A stretch of DNA of 64,000 nucleotides from Antedon mediterranea (taxonomy: Eukaryota; Animalia; Echinodermata). Location of the stretch: assembly GCF_964355755.1 (NCBI RefSeq), contig NC_092673.1:34283648-34347647 (forward strand), read 5' to 3'. Numbering within the stretch: the first letter of the stretch is position 1; each line of letters starts with the position of its first letter. This document shows, piece after piece, positions 37,745 through 59,212 of this stretch. The position numbers and the translations under genes are program-made. Below the pieces are notes generated by a model that saw only the letters and a list, made by a program, of their open reading frames with translations, was not told where the DNA came from and did not search any database.

Positions 37745-40700
37745 CAGTGGACCAAATTTAGCACTAGTGGAGCGCAGTAATATAAAATAGAAATAAGTTA
37801 CTAATTTTAATATCTTTTCGTATGGTAATACACTGTGCTCAAGTGGACACAATTTGGCTCCAGTGAGGAGCACAGTGATATAAAATAGAAATAAGTCACT
37901 GAATATTAGGCCTAATATCTTTTCGTACTGTATGTTAATACACTGTGCTCAAGTGGACCCAATTTGGAGCCAGGGGAGCACAGTGATATAAAATAGAAAT
38001 AAGTCACTGAATGTTAATATCTTTTCGTATGTTAATACACTGTGCTCAAGTGGACCCAATTTGGCGCCAGGAGAGCACAGTGATATAAAATAGAAATAAG
38101 TCACTGAATTTTAATATCTTTTCGTATGTTAATACACTGTGCTCAAGTGGACCCAATTTGGCGCCAGGAGAGCACAGTGATATAAAATAGAAATAAGTCA
38201 CTGAATTTTAATATCTTTTCGTATGTTAATACACTGTGCTCAAGTGGACCCAATTTGGAGCCAGGGGAGCACAGTGATATAAAATAGAAAAAAGTCATTG
38301 AATTTTAATATCTTTTCGTATGTTAATACACTGTGCTCAAGTGGACCCAATTTGGAGCCAGGGGAGCAGCACAGTGATATAAAATAGAAATAAGTCATTG
38401 AATGTTAATATATTTTCGTATGTTAATACACTGTGCTCAAGTGGACCTAATTTGGCGCCAGTGGAGCACAGTGATATAAAATAGAAATAAGTCATTGAAT
38501 GTTAATATATTTTCGTATGTTAATACACTGTGCTCAAGTGGACCTAATTTGGCGCCAGTGGAGCACAGTGATATAAAATAGAAATAAGTCACTGAATGTT
38601 AATATCTTTTCGTATGTTAATACACTGTGCTCAAGAAGTGGACCCAATTTGGAGCCAGGGGAGCACAGTGATATAAAATAGAAATAAGTCACTGAATGTT
38701 AATATCTTTTCGTATGTTAATACACTGTGCTCAAGAAGTGGACCCAATTTGGAGCCAAGGGAGCACAGTGATATAAAATAGAAATAAGTCACTGAAAGTT
38801 AATATCTTTTCGTATGTTAATACACTGTGCTCAAGAAGTGGACCCAATTTGGCGCCAGTGGAGAACAGTGATAAAAAATAGAAATAAGTCAATTTGGAGC
38901 CAAGGGAGCACAGTGATATAAAATAGAAATAAGTCACTGAAAGTTAATATCTTTTCGTATGTTAATACACTGTGCTCAAGAAGTGGACCCAATTTGGAGC
39001 CAAGGGAGCACAGTGATATAAAATAGAAATAAGTCACTGAAAGTTAATATCTTTTTGTATGTTAATACACTGTGCTCAAGAAGTGGACCCAATTTGGCGC
39101 CAGTGGAGAACAGTGATAAAAAATAGAAATAAGTCACTGAATTTTAATATCTTTTCGTATGTTAATACACTGTGCTCAAGTGGACACAATTTGGAGCCAG
39201 GAGAGCACAGTGATATAAAATAGAAATAAGTCACTGAATGTTAATATCTTTTCGTATGTTAATACACTGTGCATGCTCAAGTGGACCCAATTTGGAGCCA
39301 GTGGAGCACAGTGATATAAATAGAAATAAGTCACTGAATTTTAATATCTTTTCGTATGTTAATACACTGTGCTCAAGTGGACCCAATTTGGAGCCAGTGG
39401 AGCACAGTGATATAAAATAGAAAAAAAGTCACTGAATTTTAATATCTTTTCGTATGTTAATACACTGTGCTCAAGTGGACCCAATTTGGCGCAAGGAGAG
39501 CACAGTGATATAAAATAGAAATAAGTCATTGAATGTTAATATATTTTCGTATGTTAATACACTGTGCTCAAGTGGACCTAATTTGGCGCCAGTGGAGCAC
39601 AGTGATATAAAATGGAAAAAGTCACTGAATTTTAATATCTTTTCGTATTTAATATACACTATGCTCAAGTGGACCCGATTTGGAGCCAGGGGAGCACTGT
39701 GATATAAAATAGAAATAAGTCACTGAATTTTAATATCTTTTCGTATGTTAATACACTGTGCTCAAGAAGTGGACCCAATTTGGAGCCAGGGGAGCACAGT
39801 GATATAAAATAGAAATAAGTCACTGAATGTTAATATCTTTTCGTATGTTAATACACTGTGCTCAAGAAGTGGACCCAATTTGGAGCCAGGGGAGCACAGT
39901 GATATAAAATAGAAATAAGTCACTGAATGTTAATATCTTTTCGTATGTTAATACACTGTGCTCAAGAAGTGGACCCAATTTGGCGCCAGTGGAGAACAGT
40001 GATAAAAATAGAAATAAGTCACTGAATTTTAATATCTTTTCGTATGTTAATACACTGTGCATACTCAAGTGGACCCAATTTGGAGCCAGTGGAGCACAGT
40101 GATATAAATAGAAATAAGTCACTGAATTTTAATATCTTTTCGTATGTTAATACACTGTGCTCAAGTGGACCCAATTTAGAGCCAGTGGAGCACAGTGATA
40201 TAAAATAGAGAAAAGTCACTGAATTTTAATATCTTTTCGTATGTTAATACACTGTGCTCAAGTGGACCCAATTTGGCGCAAGGAGAGCACAGTGATATAA
40301 AATAGAAATAAGTCATCGAATGTTAATATATTTTCGTATGTTAATACCTGTGCTCAAGTGGACCTAATTTGGCGCCAGTGGAGCACAGTGATATAAAATG
40401 GAAAAAGTCACTGAATTTTAATATCTTTTCGTATTTAACATACACTATGCTCAAGTGGACCCGATTTGGAGCCAGGGGAGCACTGTGATATAAAATAGAA
40501 ATAAGTCACTGAATGTTAATATCTTTTCGTATGTTAATACACTGTGCTCAAGTGGACCCAATTTGGCGCCAGGAGAGCACAGTGATAGAAAATAGAAATA
40601 AGTCATTGAATGTTAATATATTTTCGTATGTTAATACACTGTACTCAAGTGGACCTAATTTGGCGCCAGTGGAGCACAGTGATATAAAATGGAAAAAGTC

Positions 40701-41120
40701 ACTGAATTTTAATATCTTTTCGTATTTAATATACACTATGCTCAAGTGGACCCGATTTGGAGCCAGGGGAGCACTGTGATATAAAATAGAAATAAGTCAC
40801 TGAATTTTAATATCTTTTCGTATGTTAATACACTGTGCTCAAGTGGACCCAATTTGGCACAAGGGGAGTACAGTTATATAAAATAGAAATAAAGTCACTA
40901 CATTTTAATACAATACCGTATCTCATTTGTATCTAATACACTGAGCTCAATGGACTCAATTTGGCACGAGCGGAGCGGAGGGATATAAAATAGAAATAAA
41001 ATCACTAAAATGTTATATCTCATTCGTATGTTAATAAACTGTGCTCAAGTGGACCCAATTCGGCACCAGTGGAGCACAGTGATAGTAATAAGTTACCGGT
41101 ACTGAATTTTAATATCTTTT
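37745..41120 (+). repeat. ~97-bp tandem satellite, about 34 copies
   Basis: Unit cactgtgctcaagtggacccaatttggagccaggggagcacagtgatataaaatagaaataagtcactgaatgttaatatcttttcgtatgttaata; more units at 42630-42902 and inverted at 46450-46620. Confidence 0.97.
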
Positions 41121-42129
41121 CAATTCACATTTATTTACTCATCGTTTATAAATACAGTTTCATAGCATAAATGATGGCAAGGATCCTGCATGGAGAAGTT
41201 TACACTTCTGTTTTCGCAGGACCCTTTTACATAAAAAACATAAAACAATAAACACAACATAATAGATACAAAATTTAAAAAAACATTTCCTATATACATT
41301 TTAGAGTTGTTCATCAACAAAAAGCATTAGTGTTTTTATAATATCATTATTTATACATTTTATGAAGATATTCAGTTTATTACTTCCAGTACATGTGGAT
41401 TCTTTCTTTTATTATAGCAAAACTATGAATACATATAATATAAAACAGGCTATGTGTGTATACTCGCACACACCAACACAACGCATAATATATGCATATA
41501 TATTTTATGAGTAAAGCATTTTAAGTTCTGTAATTCGTATGCTCTGTGCTCAAGTGGACCAAATTTGGCGCCAATTAAGCACATCGTCACATACAAAAAC
41601 ATTAAGAAAATATACGTCTGGAATTCAAAATGCAGCTATATTTCTCAAAATTTGCTCAGCCCCAAGCATGGTGGGGTACTGAAGATTCTTATACATGTTG
41701 TTTGAAAAAATAATAGATTCAGGAGAACCTTGCAGCTCTATTTTAAACAGTTTGGTATGCCGTGCGTTGTGTTATGCAAATGAGTTTGTGCAGGTGTATT
41801 ATGGTGAAGATGGTGTGTAGTCATTCGCGGTCAACACGCCACACTGTTAAATCTTGATGTTGTTAATCTTTACATTAGAAGATTGTTCAAATCATGTAAA
41901 TAAAATATTTTCCTCAACAACCCTCAAAATATCTCTCTTTCAAAATGAAATAAAAATAATATTCATTATTTTCCATTAAAAAAAGAATTCTGTAGAGGTT
42001 CGAACCCGATCTACTAGAGCTGAGAGCACCCAAAGCTGAGCATTACCCTTAGGCCACAAAGTAGTACATGAATGAACAGATGATAATAGTCTATTTATAC
42101 GTGTATTACGTAATTCATCATCACTTAAA

Positions 42130-42632
42130 GCACATCCTCTCAAACTACGAACTAACATTTACAACACCTTCAATTTTCATACAGTCCAAGATAGCATGCA
42201 TCTACAACTGGGCTGCCTTGCCTACAGGTCTGCAGATGGTCTTGTTCCGGAATACCTTGTCCTGCGTCTTGCCAGAATTCCAAATCATCGATGTACCCGA
42301 AGTGTCAGTGAAAGGAAATTTGTCGTCCCTTTCCCTAAAACTGAAACTTTTAAGAACAGCTTCATCTATAGAGCACCAACATACCTGAATTTGCTACCCA
42401 CCAAACTAAGAAATGCGTTAACAATAAATAATTTTAAGTCTGCTCTAAAAAAATATTTAATCCCAAAAGAAAAAACTCAACGTTTTGTATAGTATTTTAA
42501 GCTATATTTTTGTATTTAAGTACATATATAAATTTTTATATTTTTTGAACATAGTTTTTTCATATATGTTTTTGACTGTCTGCATATGTTGTTTAGGGTC
42601 ACCCTCACAAAATAAGGTTTAATAAAAAAATA
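42130..42632 (+). mobile_element. L2/Crack-like LINE 3' end
   Basis: GCLAYRS..VPEYL...TRS...VPFPKTETFKNSFIYRAP...LP...NNFKSALK with AATAAA and an A-rich tail. Confidence 0.8.
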
Positions 42633-44003
42633 AAATAGAAATAAAGTCACTAAATTTTGATATCTTTTCGTATGTTAATACAATGTGCTCAAGTGGACCT
42701 AATTTGGCCCCAGTGGAGCACAGTGATAATAGAAATAAACTCACTAAATTTTAATATCTTTTCGTATAAAACACTGTGCTCAAGTGGACACAATTTGGTA
42801 CCAGGAGAGCAGTGATATAAAATAGAAATAAAGTCACTCAAGTTTCAATCTTTTCGTGTGTTAATACACTGTGTTCAAGTGGACCCAATTTGGCGCCAGT
42901 GGATTTTTTTTTTAATGGAAAATAATGAATATTGTTTTTCTTTTATTTTGAAAGAGAGATATTTTGAGGATTGTAAATGTCAAGTGGAACTTTTTTTAAA
43001 TCAGAAACAAAGTTTAAATAGACTGCCATAAAACCTCGAAAAGAAACCCATGTGCTCCTTCATTTTTAGTACTCTTGGGTGGGCTTCTTTTCCACATGGA
43101 GTTCTTTTCAAGATTACTTTTGCAAACTAAACGACGAGAGGAACTGCTAGCTTCCCGCCCGGAAAATATTTTATTTACATGATTTGAAAAATCTTCTAAT
43201 GTAAATAATTAACAGCATCAAAATTTAACAGTGTGGCGTGTTGACCGCGAATGACTAACATACCATCTTTACCATAATACACCTGCACAGACTCATTTGT
43301 ATAACAACGCACGCACATACCAAACTGTTTAAAATAGAGCTACAAGGTACCCGAAATGACATCTATTATGTTTTCAAACAACATGCATAAGAATCTTCAG
43401 TACCCCACCATGCTTGGGGCTGAGCAAAGAAAATTTTTGAAAAAAAGAGCTGTATGTGGGTAGGTTCCGAAAAAATATGGCGTTACATGATTTGAATGAA
43501 ACAAACTATATAAGACTCACCAGGACAATATATGAGCTTGTTACCCGGAAAGTGCACCTATTCATTGAAATATAAAATTAAATATTAAGTCTCCAGTACT
43601 AGCCCATCCATGGTTGAGGCAGATCAATGAAAATAGAGCCCAGAAATGCACTTACTCATACTTATTACTATACATAGTCCCCTATGATAATTATGATAAT
43701 GTTAAAATTTCAACTATCCAGATGTGACTTCAACATTTTAAGTGGGGTTTTCTACTTTAACAACTCGACTTCGTATATGCCTATGGCCTAGCCCGGCGGC
43801 GGAATTAACTTCGAAATTGGTCGGAAATCGGAATCTTTGCAAATATTCTATATTTGATCTTATTTCACTCTCCATTAACCCCATACAAAAACTATCTGAG
43901 ACTATCTGTTTAAAACATGTTTATTCTGGGACGGTGCGACCATACACACCAAACTACTATAAAGAATCGGACATTTCGCTACCAATGTTGCAACATTGAT
44001 TAA

Positions 44004-44545
44004 AGATGTATTGTCCCGTGAAACACAAAAAATGAAAAAAAAAAAATATTCTAAATTTAAATTGGCCATATCAAAGTAATATTAAAGTTATTCACTTTAA
44101 GTCGAAAATTCGAGCCAAAAACAACAGTTTACGTAATTAACAGGTAAATTAATTAGATTACATTTCGTCTGAGAAATCGTCTGAGAAAGTAAACAAAGAT
44201 TTCAAACCATGAGTATGCATTATGCATGATGCTAATTAGGATTGTTTTCAACTCATCACGGTTGAGAAGGTGTTTTCACACAGATCGCGAGGAAGTTTTA
44301 TGATTATGCATACAGAGTAGCCAAACAAGCGCATTGCATTATGGGATATGTTTTGATTGAAAACTTTGACTGGAAGTCAAAGTTATTTTTTGAACAAAAA
44401 AACATCTGTATTTCGGTTAAATTATTATTTTTTGACTAATTTTTGGTGAAAGTTAATAACTATTATGATACTTCAAAATGACCCACTTTTTTTTCGAAAT
44501 TTAAAAAAAAAAATTTTTTTGGAATTCGTCAAAGGGACAATACAT
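44004..44545. mobile_element. Kolobok-like MITE (inverted copy of 52983-53530)
   Basis: TTAA then agatgtattgtccc ... gggacaatacatc; the body is the reverse complement of the NMNAT intron copy. Confidence 0.75.
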
Positions 44546-45925
44546 CAATAAATCAAAATTTAACAGTGGGGCGCGTTGACCGCGAATGACTAACAATACC
44601 ATCTTTCCCACTACACCTGCACAAACTCATTTGTATAACAACGAACGGCATACCAAACTATGATGAGAGATACATTCTCTTCTCAACACGTAACGAAGAT
44701 AATTAATTCATTTTTTACATTAAAATTGAGGTGTTCCTGATTGTTTAGTACTCTTCGGTACGGTTGCTTCTTTTCAACGGATAAGCTTCTTTTCCATGGA
44801 TAAGCTTCTTTTCCATATGGGGTTCTTTTCGAGATTACTTTTGTAAACTAAAGGAGGAAAGTTTCTAGATTCCCGCCCGGAAAATTGTATCTTTACATGA
44901 TTTGAATTTCTAATAAAGATTAACAAAATCAAAATTTAACTTTTAAATTTAATTTTGTGGCGTGTTCACCGCGTAGGACTAACAATACCATCTTCCCCAT
45001 TACACTTGCACAAACTCATTTGCATAACAACGCACGGCATACCAAACTGTTTAAAATAACTACAAGGTCCCCAGAAATGACACCTATAGTATGTTGAACC
45101 ATGATATATAAGAGTCTTCACTAACCCACCGTGATTGGGGCTGAGCAAAGACAATTTTGAAAAATATTTATTGAAATATGAAATTAAATATTAAGTCTCC
45201 AGTTAAGCTCACCATGGTTAAGGCAGAGCTAAGAATGAAAGCTTATTCCCCGGAAGTTATGAAACGAAATATATAAGTCTTCAGGACCAGCCGTACAATG
45301 GTGATTGTTTCCCAAGTGTGAGACATGCAATGCACGCGGCCATGACGGTAATTCAACAAAACAAAATTATGAAATACAAACAGAACTAGCACACAAAAGC
45401 CTGCTTACTAATTTTTAATATTTCTATAAATTTAGAAAACAATTACAATTATCACCTTTGATAATTATAATGTTAAATTTCAACTATCCAGATGCCAATT
45501 TTAGGTTGGGTTTTAAAAAACCCAATTCAATTTCGAAGATCCGCTTAAAACATATTTATTTATTTATTCTACCATAAACTTTTATTCACAACATATTAGT
45601 AGGCCTACAATACAATATCTTGCATGAAACGGATATTTAAAAGTTATGTGTAACAACGGTAGAATTACAATTCTAATGTAAAAGATTAACAAAATATAAA
45701 TGAAAAGTGTTGTGTTGATCGCGAATGACTAACAATACCATCTTTCCCACAGCACATGTGCATACTCATTTGCATAACAAACGCACGCCATACCAAACTA
45801 CGATGAGATAAAATTAATTCTCTTCTAAACACGTAACGACGTCAATTAATTCCCCTTTTTTACATTAAAATAAATTGAGGGCGCTAAACATAACATTTAA
45901 ACCACCAAATCAGTTTGCGAGAGCC

Positions 45926-46190
45926 AAAAAAAAAAAAAAGATGGTAAATGTGCTCTCCCTGCCTCAGCACTAAGGCCCTGCCACAGCCTTTTAGGGTCGT
46001 TTCCACCACATCACCAGATGTATTGATGTTGTCGCCTCATGATGTGTGGTGGAAAGGGGGACGTGTGATCTGTGAACCCCAAACACAGTGGCTCGCATAG
46101 CCTTAACTCTATTCCACCGACCAGCGTGGGAATCCAACCCACGACATACGTGTTGTTAACACAACGCTCAGACGACTGAGCTAACTGATC
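45926..46190 (-). mobile_element. tRNA-derived SINE (tRNA-Ile-like head)
   Basis: Minus strand gatcagttagctcagtcgtctgagcgttgtgttaacaac...gggttggattccc has A and B boxes; 3' end catttaccatc followed by a T run. Confidence 0.6.
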
Positions 46191-46818
46191 ATTTTGGTTT
46201 TAGCAAGGTTAATATGATATTTATGACGTAATGAACAATTACGTAATACACGTATAAATAGACTATTATCAGCTTTTCAGTCATGTAGTTGGTGGCGTAA
46301 CGGGTAATGCTCAGTTTTGAGTGCTATCGGCTGGGGTTCGAACCTCGACGGATATTTTTTTATTTTTTTTAAATTTTTTAATAGAGATATGTGACACTGT
46401 ATTGTCGAACATGTATGGTACCATACCGGTAGGTATTCAAATATGCTTAATACAAAAAGATATTAAAATTCAGTGACTTAATTATTTCTATTTTATATCA
46501 CTTTGCTCTACTGGCTCCAAGTTGGGTCCACTTGAGCACAGTGTATTAACATACGAACAAATTAGTGACTTATTTCTATTTTATATCACTGTGCTTCTCT
46601 GGTGCTAAAGTTGATCCACTGAACCAGTTACCGTAGTACTATTTCTATTTCGGAAGTAAATAAAGGCATAAATGGCGCTCCGTAGAAGTAGAGAATGCTC
46701 GATCGTCGAAATATGACGCTCTGAATATACCTCAATATTTCATACGTGCCTCGTGCCTCTTATCCTATCTTATCTTATCTTGTTGTTTTTGTTGTTGCTG
46801 TTTTTTTACGAGCGAAAA

Positions 46819-55723
<8,905 letters not shown>

Positions 55724-57464
55724 TGAGCATCTGCAGGGGTTCAGCTTTTATATAATTCCACATGGTAATCACAACACGCATTTTAACAATTTAGTTTCTA
55801 TACTTACTGATCAAATAAACGAAGTGTCGCTTATAAAAAAGTTTTGGGGTGGTGCGGACTTAGTTGTGGAACTGATTAATGAGAGTGGTCTATGTTTATC
55901 ATTTGGACAACATTTATAAAATGTTAATAAAATTATATTATTTTTTAGTAATAAATTTTTTTACAATACAATTGGCCAATAATTTTGTTAAACATGTTCT
56001 GCAACAGAGGATTTTCAATATCATGGTGACTAGTGACCGTATTCACCATTCACATTTAATTTTAAGGGTGTCCCTTAGCCTAAGTGAATGCATTATGGGA
56101 AATATTTATTGAGTTAAATGAATTATAATATATACATACATATATCTCATATTTAAGTGTGATTGGTGAATATGGCCACAAGACTTGCGTAAATGAGGTG
56201 ATATCCTAGCTATTAATATTCAATTAACCTTTTTAATTTTTCTGATGGCCATTAATATCAGTAAAGTACACTTATTAGGTTATTTACTAAATTTTTAAGT
56301 CAACGTACAGACCTGAATTACCAATAACAATATGTCTCAACCAAAAATTGGAGTTTGCGAGGATTTTTAAAGCGCATATTAAACTGAGCCGTTTATTTGA
56401 TCATCTGCATGTTCAAATAAAATTGTAATTTGTTTAGTTGGGTTGTACTTAAAGTAATAATTAATGTAAATTGAATTTGAGCTAAAATAAACAAGTGTGG
56501 TGTACTGTAGTAGTGGTGTACTTAGTACAGATGATTAAAAAATATATAGTTTTGCATGGTTCTTGGTGTGATAATCCCTTTTGCAGTTCAAATGAAATGA
56601 TACTGGGATTGGGTGCAGGTGGACCTGAGGTTCCATCAATGAATTTGGTGGTAATGAATTAGTAATAATGATTGGTATGTTGTCAATTAGAAGCTGTAGA
56701 GGGTGCACTTTTGTGAATTGGTTAGTTTTTATACGGTGTAGTTTTTATTATGATTTTTACTTCAAATTTAATAATTTACTCGTATTCATGTATGGCTGTG
56801 ATATAAAAAATCGTATAATCCCAACCAAATTTAGGCTAAATTCAGAATGCAAGACTAGTAAGGTTCATTGTTATGCCCATCCACCCCCCACCCCACAAAA
56901 TGTCATACGTAGGTCACCCATCACTATACTTGGGTCAAATATGGTGTTCATTATGTGACTGTGCATATCATATGACTGGAAAGATTTTAGAATAATAGTT
57001 GATTATGGTGATGTTTGTCATGTTGGTAAGCAATATAACCTTTTTTTTTTGTATTACAGAAACAATGCAAGGATGTTGTCTTTGTGTCTTTATACATGCA
57101 TTCCAAGTATGTTGGCAAGGTTTTGTGAAGTGACATGATCCTCAAGAGAAGGTCATGTGTTCCAGAGATTTAAGAACAAAGCTGTCAGAATGATGGGGAT
57201 AAGGGATGTAGTGGTTGGACCCTCTTCTCTTCTTGTACTTCCCAGAAAGTATTAAATTAAAGATATTATTATAAATATAATTATATATAATATCGTATTT
57301 TCATATTTTATTCAAATGAAGTAAAACCATATATTCCATGTGTCAATTGGATTTACCATTTAGGTATTGTACTTGATTCAACTTAGTTTTGTATTATGTG
57401 TTTACATAAACAAATGTAGCATTAGTAATAGGGATTGTGAAAAATTGCTATAAATCTGATGTGT

Positions 57465-57652
57465 GTGAACGCGCACTAAAAGTGACTCCGTACTATGCAC
57501 GCAATAAAGATGTGAACGCGCACTAAAAGTGACTCCGTACTATGCACGCAATAAAGATGTGAACGCGCACTAAAAGTGACTCCGTACTATGCACGCAATA
57601 AAGATGTGAACGCGCACTAAAAGTGACTCCGTACTATGCACGCAATAAAGAT
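57465..57652 (+). repeat. 47-bp tandem repeat, 4 copies
   Basis: Unit gtgaacgcgcactaaaagtgactccgtactatgcacgcaataaagat. Confidence 0.97.
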
Positions 57653-57774
57653 GCAAGTAAATTGAGTTAATTGCTCATCCCTCTGTGTCATTAACATCAA
57701 TATATTTCTCAATAGATATTTTGGAAATACATCCAAACTTAAACTCAGATAGAATATGAATGTAAAGTGCTTCT

Positions 57775-58333
57775 CATTGGGTGCAGTACGTATTACCGGT
57801 GTCATTGGGTGCAGTACGTATTACCGGTGTCATTGGGTGCAGTACGTATTACCGGTGTCATTGGGTACAGTACGTATTACCGGTGTCATTGGGTGCAGTA
57901 CGTATTACCGGTGTCATTGGGTGCAGTACGTATTACCGGTGTCATTGGGTGCAGTACGTATTACCGGTGTCATTGGGTGCAGTACGTATTACCGGTGTCA
58001 TTGGGTGCAGTACATATTACCGGTGTCATTGGGTGCAGTACATATTACCGGTGTCATTGGGTGCAGTACATATTACCGGTGTCATTGGGTGCAGTACGTA
58101 TTACCGGTGTCATTGGGTGCAGTACATATTACCGGTGTCATTGGGTGCAGTACATATTACCGGTGTCATTGGGTGCAGTACGTATTACCGGTGTCATTGG
58201 GTGCAGTACGTATTACCGGTGTCATTGGGTGCAGTACGTATTACCGGTGTCATTGGGTGCAGTACGTATTACCGGTGTCATTGGGTGCAGTACGTATTAC
58301 CGGTGTCATTGGGTGCAGTACGTATTACCGGTG
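57775..58333 (+). repeat. 28-bp minisatellite, about 20 copies
   Basis: Unit cattgggtgcagtac(g/a)tattaccggtgt. Confidence 0.97.
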
Positions 58334-59212
58334 GTGTAGGTTTGCGTTTGAATGTAGAACATGCTAAAAAACATAATGAAACTCCGAAAAAGAAAAGAGC
58401 GGGTAAACAGCTAATAACTTAACTAGTAGTGTTTGTATTTCGCAATAGTCAATTTCATGCAATATAGGTTAGTTTTGTAGAATGTGTTTTGTTTTATGTT
58501 CAAATTCATTTAAAAAATGTATTCAAATCATGTTTTGCTAAAACAATAAAAATATTTTAAAAATAACTTTTCATTATTAGTTTGTTTTAATTATGATTGA
58601 TTTTATTATTGTACAGTCTGTAAGTTGCCAAAATTATTAACTGGCCTATTGTATGGAAAGTTTGACAAGGTTTTATGAAAACTGGAATCCGACCGATGTA
58701 GAATAAAGAAACTTGAAAATGGCATGCTTCAAGTGAACTGGCACACTTTGTTTGTAATCATAATTAACTACATATTATTATCATCAGGTGCCGCATCTGT
58801 GATCATTTTCAGTTCAATTGTATTACATACTATCAATAAAATTATTGATACAGTACAACGCTTCCTTTGGAAATTTCATGCGCATCCAACAGCGAGCACA
58901 ATCAATTACAGGATGGTTAAACTATTTAATTATTTATCATGGTTATAAAAAATAAAGTCTCATTTGAGGCTTAAGAAGTGGAGTTGAAATAGTTGTGAGT
59001 TATACAACCCAGGCACTAGGCAAGGATTGAACCCTGAACCTTAGCCAGGATTGACTCCTGCACCTTGGGATTGGAAGGAAAGCATGTTAACAGCTCCACT
59101 TCTACTTTGTTGGGTTCCAAAGGATTCTACTGTATATAGTTAAGTACTGTATCTGAAGACCACAGATGTGACGACCGGACCATTATAGTAGCAAGATGCT
59201 GATGAGAACCAT

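Larger units (their letters stand above)
37632..46733. mobile_element. ~9.1 kb foldback-like TIR element with subterminal satellite arrays
   Basis: 37632-37770 is the reverse complement of ~46600-46733 (gcattctctacttctacggagcgccatttatgcctttatttactt). Satellite units run inward from both ends in opposite orientation. No TSD or transposase seen. Confidence 0.8.

Noticed and set aside
37745-41120. CRISPR-like regular array and repeated short ORFs
   Set aside because: Whole units repeat with no unique spacers, there are no cas genes, and the context is eukaryotic; it is a satellite.
45070-45100. Similarity to the 28-bp minisatellite (both read STYYRCH)
   Set aside because: Only a short partial nucleotide match; could be chance.
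46115-46190. Functional tRNA gene
   Set aside because: Stems and T-loop are mutated and it continues into a SINE-like body and tail.
57756-58422. Three ~200 aa ORFs in all + frames
   Set aside because: Artefact of a stop-free 28-bp minisatellite; the same peptide cycles through all frames.
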